From assembly GCF_000015205.1 (NCBI RefSeq), contig NC_008701.1, forward strand, positions 777,436 through 809,435: a stretch of 32,000 bases of DNA, given 5' to 3'. Each line of letters starts with the position of its first letter. Positions within the stretch are counted from its first letter, which is position 1. The DNA is from Pyrobaculum islandicum DSM 4184 (GTDB lineage: Archaea; Thermoproteota; Thermoprotei; Thermoproteales; Thermoproteaceae). The translations under genes and the position numbers were made by a program. The notes below the pieces were generated by a model, which was not told where the DNA came from, did not search any database, and was given only the letters and a program-made list of their open reading frames with translations. Shown here in pieces: positions 8,951-17,331 of the stretch.

Positions 8951-8963
8951 AGTTTTTCCCGAG
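8947..8963 (+). promoter_or_regulatory. Stop-embedded promoter cassette CTAAAGTTTTTCCCGAG
   Basis: TAA stop at 8948-8950 and ATG at 8980 (32 nt). This supports 8980 rather than 8944 as the start. Confidence 0.55.
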
Positions 8964-8979
8964 AGATAGAGACGGCTAT

Positions 8980-9249
8980 ATGCGGCTTGAATTAGCGTTA
9001 ATCCCTATCATATTTGCCTTGGCAACGGCCGCTCTGACATTTCTAAAACCTGTAGAATTTCACTCAATAGACTTGACATCGATATTTGTCTACTGGCCGG
9101 AGTCTCTATACTATGCAGAGAGGGGAGATCCAACAGCTATATATCGTATTACAGGGCTTGTTACATGTCTCTCTAAAGGCGTAATCGAGGCGCCTCCCGG
9201 CATTTCCTTTAAAGTACTCAAGCTTATCTGCCGCTTTAACACATGGTAG
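8980..9249 (+). CDS. Small N-terminally anchored protein (~89 aa)
   Basis: It starts MRLELALIPIIFALATAALTFL, 32 nt after the cassette. Confidence 0.55.
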   Translation: MRLELALIPIIFALATAALTFLKPVEFHSIDLTSIFVYWPESLYYAERGDPTAIYRITGLVTCLSKGVIEAPPGISFKVLKLICRFNTW

Positions 9250-9542
9250 AAGATATTCTAGAGGTTATAGCAGTTAACACTCTTGCCCTATTTACTCTAG
9301 CAATATTTTTAACACTCTATACATACTCTACGCCTAACGTATGTCAAGTAGCTGAGACAGTGTTAAAATTTCCCGGTTCTGAAATTCACGTCTATGGGCG
9401 TTTTAAGGTGTGGAACGATACAAAACACGTCTATTTATCGTGCGGCTTGGCGTTGTCTCGAGATAAAGTTCTCCAGATAAACAGAACAGAAGGCTTACTA
9501 AGAATAGGTAGTACGGCAGAAGGTAAGTTATATATATCTTAG
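9243..9542 (+). CDS. Small N-terminally anchored protein (99 aa), last gene of the locus
   Basis: N-terminal helix VIAVNTLALFTLAIFLTLYTY. It overlaps the previous ORF (ATGGTAG) and carries the sequons NDT and NRT. Confidence 0.55.
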   Translation: MVEDILEVIAVNTLALFTLAIFLTLYTYSTPNVCQVAETVLKFPGSEIHVYGRFKVWNDTKHVYLSCGLALSRDKVLQINRTEGLLRIGSTAEGKLYIS

Positions 9543-9758
9543 ATGTCAATAAGCTCTGGAAGTAATTCTTATGGTGTCTTTCTTTGGGATGTCATTTCTA
9601 TCCCAACCTCTCAAGTGGTAGTAGTTGAGCAAGGAGTTGACGGGACAAGAAGAACTCAAAGCTCACGACTGAAGAACTCAACGCTCTATCGACTAGAGAC
9701 AAGCGGGGGTTGGTGCACGAGGTAATCGAGGAGACATTTTAGAGATATTAATGTGTAT

Positions 9759-9955
9759 GGGGACGACGTCTTGATGGCGTGGGTGTGGGAGAGGTGTCGA
9801 GAGTTGGTAGAGAAGGTGTGACAAGCCGCCTCTCCGGCGGCCTCTCTACTACACATAAACGACGTCCAGCCCCCTAAGGCGGCAGACAGAGATAAAACAA
9901 TCAGACGTCCAACCCCACACAAGCCCCACCCCAAGACAGACCCCCAAACCCCCCA
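9759..9955 (+). ncRNA. Candidate structured GC-rich RNA of unknown class (strand and ends uncertain)
   Basis: A TATA-like TTTTAGAGATATTAA box (9737-9751) lies about 22-27 nt upstream of a G run at 9759. A terminal helix pairs GGGG-AC-GACGUC (9759-9770) with GACGUC-CAG-CCCC (9861-9874). A hairpin of about 47 nt spans 9805-9851, with the GCCGCC/GGCGGC stem at its tip. GUGUGGG (9784-9790) can pair with CCCACAC (9914-9920). The region is visibly more GC-rich than flanking DNA and has no convincing ORF. Confidence 0.3.
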
Positions 9956-10019
9956 AAAAGAGGCCAAGAAAGAGATAGGGGGACGTACCTAGAGTCTGTG
10001 TATTAGCTCTCTCTACTGT

Positions 10020-11180
10020 TTATGGTATTACGTTCTCAAGAGCTTGAGCTAAGTCGTTGATTATATCATTCACATCTTCAAGTCCTACGGAAAGTCTGAC
10101 TAGATCTTCTGTTATCCCTAGGATTTTTCTATCTTCTTCGGGAATAGGCGAGGCCGCGCTTGCCACAGGGTATGTGGCAATACTTTCCACGCCCCCAAGA
10201 CTCGGGCCTGGCGTTATTAATCTTAACGACTTAAAGAATTTAATAACTGTCTCCTTGCCGCCCTTTACCCTAAAGGAAACTACGGCGCCAAATTTATCGC
10301 CAAAAAGTTTTTTTGCGATAGCATGATCTGGATGGCTGGACAAGCCTGGGTATATAACTTCGCTTACCTTGCTATGCTCAGATAAAAACTCTGCGACTGC
10401 CTTTGCGGATCTACATTGCTGTTCAAATCTTACAAATAGCGTTTTAAGACCGCGTAGCGTGAGAAATGCCTCAAACGGCTGCATAATGCCGCCAAGCATA
10501 GCTCTCCAGACCCACAACTCCTCAAGTAGCTCTCGTTTAGATACCACAGCCACACCGCCTATTACATCGTTATGGCCAGCGATATATTTAGACGTAGAAT
10601 GTACAACAAAGTCCGCGCCGTGAGATATAGGCTGTATTAATACAGGCGTTGCAAAAGTGTTGTCAACAACTACGGTAGCCCCCAGATCTTTTGCTGCTTT
10701 AATAACTTCTGGAGTGTCTAAAACTCTCAACGTAGGATTTGTAATTGTTTCAAAAAATACAACATTCGGTCTGCTCTCCTTTAGAAATTCAATATATACG
10801 TCTGTGCTTGGATACGCCTTTTGCATCTTTACGCCAAATTTACTTAGAGAACTTAAAAGCCGTAATGTCGCGCCGTAGGCCTCCATCGTTACTAATATTT
10901 TTGCGTCTGAACGCAGTAGAGATAAAAACACAGAAGATAGGGCAGCCATGCCGCTATTAAAAGCAAGTGAGTCTACGCCTCCTTCAAGAGAAGCTAAAGC
11001 CTCTTCAAGAGGACGTAGAGTGGGATTTTCTTCTCTGCTATATTTGAGGTCAAATCCCCTGTCTGACTTCTGGGCCTCTCCCTCCATTCTAAATAATGCA
11101 GTCTGATAAATAGGAGGCTGAAGCGAGCCGTAAGGGTCGGAGTTTCTGTAACCCCTTACGGCTATAGTCGCCCTGCGCAT
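10020..11180 (-). CDS. Cys/Met-metabolism PLP-dependent enzyme (cystathionine gamma-synthase / beta-lyase / O-acetylhomoserine sulfhydrylase type)
   Basis: 386 aa with the PLP-lysine motif HSTSKYIAGHNDVIGG, plus NPTL and DNTFATP family blocks. Confidence 0.85.
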   Translation of the reverse strand: MRRATIAVRGYRNSDPYGSLQPPIYQTALFRMEGEAQKSDRGFDLKYSREENPTLRPLEEALASLEGGVDSLAFNSGMAALSSVFLSLLRSDAKILVTMEAYGATLRLLSSLSKFGVKMQKAYPSTDVYIEFLKESRPNVVFFETITNPTLRVLDTPEVIKAAKDLGATVVVDNTFATPVLIQPISHGADFVVHSTSKYIAGHNDVIGGVAVVSKRELLEELWVWRAMLGGIMQPFEAFLTLRGLKTLFVRFEQQCRSAKAVAEFLSEHSKVSEVIYPGLSSHPDHAIAKKLFGDKFGAVVSFRVKGGKETVIKFFKSLRLITPGPSLGGVESIATYPVASAASPIPEEDRKILGITEDLVRLSVGLEDVNDIINDLAQALENVIP

Positions 11181-11363
11181 TCTGTCTCTTTATCAATTTG
11201 CTATATAAATTTTTATAGCTCTATATCATCATTTTCAATGATCATATATAAAAACTAAGTATTTTCTTTTAGAATTCTATTGTAAGGACACTTAGATTGT
11301 TTATTGTTATTATACATATGTACTTAGGCTTAAAATCTATAAACCTTGTGTCATCAAGGTCAT

Positions 11364-11993
11364 GTGGTTAAAGAGGCATTAATACTAGATAGCAATGACG
11401 ACTTAGGCCCTCAATTAGCTAGAGTACTTGTAGAAAATGGGTATATAGTGAGAGTACTAGCGACACCAGAGCGAGGGAAAGCCTATGAGAGAGAACCGGT
11501 TTATATACACAACTTGACAGAAAACTACGAGAAAATAATCAGAGAGTTAGATTTTTCTCGTGTCGAAATAGCGATTTTTCCATCTCCAAATGATATGTTT
11601 AACCTAACATTTGCAAAAGTAGCTAAGTCCCAGGGAGTGCCTATCGTTGTTATAACCACTAGAAGTGACGCCATTGCAACAACAGCGGAAGAGGAGGGTA
11701 TAATTGCCATTGTTACATACCACTGCGTGTTATCTAGGCTATTTAGACTACTCAATCTAAAATTTGTAAGATTGCTACAAATCAGAGGAGATGTTGCTAT
11801 GTTAGAGATCTTAGTTACGTCAGATTCCAAGCTACTTGGAAAAACAATAGGCGAAATAGAAGAAGATACAGGGGCCAAGGTAGCGGTTATACGAGATGGC
11901 GAGTTTGTAGTTGCAAAAGATGCAGAGATACAAGAGGGTGATTATCTCATCGCAATAGGCCCGCGGGCGTATTTACAAGAACTCACAGAATAG
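11364..11993 (+). CDS. TrkA-C (RCK_C) domain protein, K+ transport/regulatory family
   Basis: The C-terminal block LEILVTSDSKLLGKTIGEIEEDTGAKVAVIRDGEFVVAKDAEIQEGDYLIAIG is a typical TrkA-C domain. The ORF track starts at TTG 11346. GTG 11364 fits better, about 30 nt after the TTAAAATCTATAAA box. Confidence 0.7.
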   Translation: MVKEALILDSNDDLGPQLARVLVENGYIVRVLATPERGKAYEREPVYIHNLTENYEKIIRELDFSRVEIAIFPSPNDMFNLTFAKVAKSQGVPIVVITTRSDAIATTAEEEGIIAIVTYHCVLSRLFRLLNLKFVRLLQIRGDVAMLEILVTSDSKLLGKTIGEIEEDTGAKVAVIRDGEFVVAKDAEIQEGDYLIAIGPRAYLQELTE

Positions 11994-12011
11994 AAAATTG
12001 CATCGTAAATA

Positions 12012-12728
12012 TCAACGTAGGCCTAACTCTGTATACACTCTATCTAGTATTGCATACTTTAGTTCATCCTCTTGTCGCGGATCTCTCAAAAGTCCTCGTA
12101 CAACTAAAACTATGCCCTTCACGCCTATTTTTTCGACATCTACACTCAGTCGCTCTAGTCCATACTCTTTAGCAACTTCGTTTACAAGTTCTCTAACTCT
12201 TTTCAACTCCTGCCGACGGGGTATAAATAGTCTTATTCTAACTTCATGACCCTCAGGAGCTTTTACACGTCTAAATGGCGTCTGTAATAACACTGTATAT
12301 GGTATGTAGACATACTCTCTTCGTGGATCTCTCAAAACTATATACACATCTTCAAGTGCAGTTATGTAACCGCGTATATTGTCGAGTTCTATATAGTCTC
12401 CGATATGAAGATCTAATACTTTGGCAATAAACAGCCCTGTAAGATATTGTTCTAATATACGCCTAGTTCCAAGAGTTAAAACTCCCATGGCAACTATAAA
12501 AACAACTAACACTAAGTAGAAAAGATAGTGTAATTGTGTCATTGGGGAAACAATTGCGAGAAAAAGCGAAATAGAAAATAAAACTATTAGAAATTTAACT
12601 AAATAAAACTGTTCACTTGAAATAACTTTTAGAAATAATCTCCTTATAGAATATAAAAGTAAGAAGAATGACAAAATAGTGACAATAGTTGCAGTCAATA
12701 AGGTAGTAATAGTAATTGAGAAATCCAT
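12012..12728 (-). CDS. Small-conductance mechanosensitive channel (MscS family)
   Basis: Three N-terminal TM helices followed by LHIGDYIELDNIRGYITALEDVYIVLRDPRREYVYIPYTVLL (MscS beta-domain pattern GD.I...G.V..I......dg..v.IP). Confidence 0.75.
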   Translation of the reverse strand: MDFSITITTLLTATIVTILSFFLLLYSIRRLFLKVISSEQFYLVKFLIVLFSISLFLAIVSPMTQLHYLFYLVLVVFIVAMGVLTLGTRRILEQYLTGLFIAKVLDLHIGDYIELDNIRGYITALEDVYIVLRDPRREYVYIPYTVLLQTPFRRVKAPEGHEVRIRLFIPRRQELKRVRELVNEVAKEYGLERLSVDVEKIGVKGIVLVVRGLLRDPRQEDELKYAILDRVYTELGLR

Positions 12729-12799
12729 GAGATAGAAAGCCGTTAATTATTTAAGCGTTGAAAAAGAAGCCATTGTTTTTATTTGTAATCCTAGTTGCT

Positions 12800-12860
12800 C
12801 ACTAGTGATGATAAATACGTGGGGCCTACGAAAGATGAGTAAGGTCTGGAGCTCTGAAGA
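12800..12860 (+). ncRNA. Candidate C/D box sRNA
   Basis: C box GUGAUGA (12805-12811), C'-like AGAUGAG (12833-12839) and D box CUGA (12854-12857) span 53 nt from C to D. A TTGTTTTTATTTG promoter-like box at 12773-12785 puts the predicted TSS just before the C box. Weak points are a degenerate D' (ACGA) and spacers of 14-16 nt rather than 12. Confidence 0.4.
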
Positions 12861-12870
12861 TTACGTTACT

Positions 12871-15243
12871 TTACTCTGCAACTCTAGAACTTTCCTCCTT
12901 AGTCACCATATATAGTCTTGCGTTTGGAACCGCGTCTTTTATCACATCTGCAAAATCGCCAGACTGTGTAGCTACTACGATCTGATAACGTGAAGAAAGA
13001 GATCTAACTAATTCTGCGAAAGCTCTCCTGATATTTACATCAACATATGGAATAGGTTCGTCAAATATTATAAAGCCAATTTGTATATTGGATATTTCCC
13101 TAAGCGCGAGAGCTAGGGCTAGAGCTATCGAAAGTCTTTGTCCATCGCTTAGCTTTGAAATACCGTATCTCTCGCCAGTGGGAGATATCGCATAGAAGTC
13201 GTAGTAGCCCTTACGTTGTTCTAGATCTACATTTACTTTTGAAATATCGCCATATCTATAGAGCGTTAGAAATACTTCGTTAAAGCGAGATTTTGCAATC
13301 TCCACTAACCGAGCTCTCGCGTTGACTTTGACAAGTTCAAACTTTGCCTTAACTTCTTGTAGCTTGCTATAGGCATAAAGCGTGTTATCTAGTGCCTTTT
13401 TCAAATTTTCCGCATCTCCCCCCACTTCTCTTACAATCTCTTCTAATACAGCCTTCTCTCTGTATAATTCTGCTAAACGGCTAGAAGTTCTCTCTAGCTC
13501 TTCGGTAATCTCCCTCCAGCGCATTTCCACATCTAAGATTTCTCTAACGACGCCGGCTTTGTTTAACATTTCCTCAAGCTCTTTAAGGCGGCGTTTTAGC
13601 TCTCGAACTCTAAGCATCTTTCCATATTTAGAAAGCGCATCTAAAATCGTGCGTTTGTCAACCCTAGTTATCAAAGAGTGTAATTTTTCAACACGTCTCT
13701 CTAGTTGTTTAAGTGCTTTTTCAGCCTGTATCATTTTCTTAATGATTTCTTCTCTCTCAAGTTTTAACTCCTCTAGTCTATTCTTTGTGGATAAATACTC
13801 TGCAACCTCGCCGCTTAATATTTCCATTTCGTCTACAGCTTTTTCATACTCTCTAATCCTCTCCTTTAGATTTTCTACTTCGTGTATTAACTCGCCAAAT
13901 TTGCTCTCTACCTCTCTAGCTATGTTTAACGCAACCTCCCGACTTATGGGAGAGCCGCATATAGGACATCTATTGACGCCTATTTCCGCAATATAGAGAG
14001 ATACCGTCTTAAGAGCCGAAATATATGCCATAGATTTCTCAGTTTCTTCGAGCCTCCTCTTCAACTCGTTGAGGGCAGCTTTAGCCGTTTCTAGAGATTG
14101 AAACGACTTCTGAAGCTCTTTAAACCGTATATATGACCTTTCAAGTCTCCTCAGTTTAGTCTCAACTTCTTTAATTTCGTCTTCAAGCTTCTTCACCCTA
14201 GCTAGATACTGTTCGTATGTCTTTCGTACTTCAGAAATCTGACTCTCTAAATCTTTTGATAATCTAACAAGGGCCTCATAAGCTTCAACCATGGCAGCCG
14301 ATAAAGATTCTAGGTCTCTAGTTGTGAGTTTTTCAAGAAGCTCATGCCCCAGTATATGTTCATACTCCTCTAAGGCCTCTTGCAGAGCGTCTCTAATTTT
14401 CTCAACGGCGTCTAAACCAACATCTTCGCCTGTAGTTGATTCCAAGATCTCTAATTCAGATCTCGTTTTGTAATACTCCAATAAAATGTTCTCGTTCTCT
14501 CTGATTTTCTCCAAATAGCCGGCTCTTCTCTTGGCTAACTCTTCTACTGTTTTAGTAAGATTTACCTCGCGCTCTTTTAACGCCGCCAGCTCACCTTCTA
14601 TAGTCTCTAACCTAGTTACAACGCCTTTATAGCCACCATATTTCTTAATTATATCTCTATATTTTTCATATGTAGAAAGTCTTTTTCTCAAATTTTCGGC
14701 TTTCTCCAACAGATATTTCTCTATAGATGACACAACTCTTAAAATGTTGTCAATTATGTCAATACCAAATAGACGGTCTACTGAAAGCGTTCTCTTTTGT
14801 GCTGTGCCGTATATAAAACCCTCTAGAGTCCTATGCGAAATATATACAAGTCGTTCATATATGTCTTCGTCGGCTCCTATGAGTTCAACTAGTCTTTCTT
14901 CAGCATCTCTATCTCTTAGTTTAATGCCGTTATAAAGTACAACAAGCTTCTCAGATCCCCGCCGCCCTAGTCTTCTTTCTATACGAAGTTTGTCGTTGCC
15001 TCTGCGTAATTCTAGCGCTACATTGGCTTCCTGAGCGTCTACATTAATCAGATCTACAAGTTTTGCTACTCTCTCTCTTACCTCAAGCTGTTTTCCAAAG
15101 AGGGCATATTCTATGGCATATAGGAGAGAGGTCTTCCCAGCCCCGATTCTTCCCAATAAAATTGTAACATCCCCTAGGCTTACCTCATGTCTCCCCTTGT
15201 ATGACCTGAAATTTTCTAGTTCAATCTTTTCTATCCTCCACAT
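12871..15243 (-). CDS. rkd-4: SMC/Rad50-like coiled-coil ATPase, arcadin-4 of the crenactin cluster
   Basis: 790 aa with Walker A GRIGAGKTS. A long heptad coiled coil is interrupted mid-way by RCPICGS (a CxxC hook). It also has the signature LSDGQRLSIALALALAL and Walker B FIIFDEP. It is the last gene of the crenactin operon and has no Mre11/HerA/NurA neighbours. Confidence 0.8.
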   Translation of the reverse strand: MWRIEKIELENFRSYKGRHEVSLGDVTILLGRIGAGKTSLLYAIEYALFGKQLEVRERVAKLVDLINVDAQEANVALELRRGNDKLRIERRLGRRGSEKLVVLYNGIKLRDRDAEERLVELIGADEDIYERLVYISHRTLEGFIYGTAQKRTLSVDRLFGIDIIDNILRVVSSIEKYLLEKAENLRKRLSTYEKYRDIIKKYGGYKGVVTRLETIEGELAALKEREVNLTKTVEELAKRRAGYLEKIRENENILLEYYKTRSELEILESTTGEDVGLDAVEKIRDALQEALEEYEHILGHELLEKLTTRDLESLSAAMVEAYEALVRLSKDLESQISEVRKTYEQYLARVKKLEDEIKEVETKLRRLERSYIRFKELQKSFQSLETAKAALNELKRRLEETEKSMAYISALKTVSLYIAEIGVNRCPICGSPISREVALNIAREVESKFGELIHEVENLKERIREYEKAVDEMEILSGEVAEYLSTKNRLEELKLEREEIIKKMIQAEKALKQLERRVEKLHSLITRVDKRTILDALSKYGKMLRVRELKRRLKELEEMLNKAGVVREILDVEMRWREITEELERTSSRLAELYREKAVLEEIVREVGGDAENLKKALDNTLYAYSKLQEVKAKFELVKVNARARLVEIAKSRFNEVFLTLYRYGDISKVNVDLEQRKGYYDFYAISPTGERYGISKLSDGQRLSIALALALALREISNIQIGFIIFDEPIPYVDVNIRRAFAELVRSLSSRYQIVVATQSGDFADVIKDAVPNARLYMVTKEESSRVAE

Positions 15244-15433
15244 CGATGCCTAATCTCCTGAGATATTCTACTAACGTGTTTTTAGCAGCTTTTACGCCGC
15301 CCTGCCTATACGCAACTATTAGAGACTCCGCAAGTCTCCCCTCTTCTGTATTTCCAAATACTCTTCTAACTTCTTCAAGCAGTACATCCACAGTATATAA
15401 TGCTATAAAGACACTTATATTATTAACTCCCAC
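15221..15433 (-). CDS. rkd-3: Small protein (70 aa) in the arcadin-3 position of the crenactin cluster
   Basis: It overlaps both neighbours (11 nt upstream, 23 nt downstream) on the same strand. The assignment is by position only; I do not recall the reference sequence. Confidence 0.45.
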   Translation of the reverse strand: MGVNNISVFIALYTVDVLLEEVRRVFGNTEEGRLAESLIVAYRQGGVKAAKNTLVEYLRRLGIDVEDRKD

Positions 15434-16016
15434 TCTTTCCTCTAGACCTTAAAATTCTAACCCACTCGTTCTCCACCACAGAACCTGGTGTAACTTGGGT
15501 CTCTCTAGGAGGTTGTCCACCGGTCTGTCGTCTTACTTCTTCGATTCTCTGATCTATATACCTCTTTAATTTTTCATAAAGCGTTTCCTCTAGTTTTTTC
15601 AATTGAGAATTTATATACTCAAGCATAGTCGACTTTAGAATTTCGAACTTGTTAGTATCAGCCACAGTAGTAGCTGTTAATCGCGGTTTTGCAAATATCT
15701 TAATCTCGACGCCCTCAAGCCCTCTAGATGGATCAACTACAACCACCCCAACTCCTTGGTTTTTAAAGTACCGTGGATCTATAAATAGAGTAGCCTCTGG
15801 CAGAATAGCAAGATATATCTTTGAGACCTCTTTTGTCAATAATTCGCCCACCCGCTTATATATCTCGGCCTCCTCATAGATCTCAGAGAAATAGACCCCT
15901 ACTGCCACTTTATTTAGTCCTTCTTCAAAAAGAAGAATCCACCCGCTTTCCCCAATATATTTCATCCCAAGAGTTTCAGAAAAGTATCTAATAACTAATA
16001 GTTTTGGAAACTCCAC
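15423..16016 (-). CDS. rkd-2: Arcadin-2-like protein (197 aa)
   Basis: It lies directly downstream of crenactin (GTG start 2 nt after the crenactin stop). Its size and position match arcadin-2, and its basic C-terminal tail ENEWVRILRSRGKSGS sits where the crenactin-binding peptide is described. Confidence 0.6.
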   Translation of the reverse strand: MEFPKLLVIRYFSETLGMKYIGESGWILLFEEGLNKVAVGVYFSEIYEEAEIYKRVGELLTKEVSKIYLAILPEATLFIDPRYFKNQGVGVVVVDPSRGLEGVEIKIFAKPRLTATTVADTNKFEILKSTMLEYINSQLKKLEETLYEKLKRYIDQRIEEVRRQTGGQPPRETQVTPGSVVENEWVRILRSRGKSGS

Positions 16017-16018
16017 AC

Positions 16019-17326
<1,308 letters not shown>

Positions 17327-17331
17327 CTATT

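Noticed and set aside
9543-9967. ORFs 9543..9725 (+) and 9686..9967 (-)
   Set aside because: They have no promoter spacing and an odd composition (Trp/Gly/Cys-rich or Ser/Arg-rich). They lie over the tandem repeat and the GC-rich structured island, so the region is treated as non-coding.
11181-11345. A very AT-rich 165-bp gap, inspected for an sRNA (contains CAATGATCAT) or repeats
   Set aside because: It is adequately explained as a divergent promoter region, with TATA boxes facing 11180 and 11364. No C/D or hairpin architecture was found.
13382-13996. A 204-aa + strand ORF (plus 14291..14473 and 14744..14935) inside the arcadin-4 gene
   Set aside because: These are Ser/Leu/Phe-rich low-complexity sequences. 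They are the mirror image of the Glu/Lys/Leu codons of the coiled coil on the other strand, with no start context.
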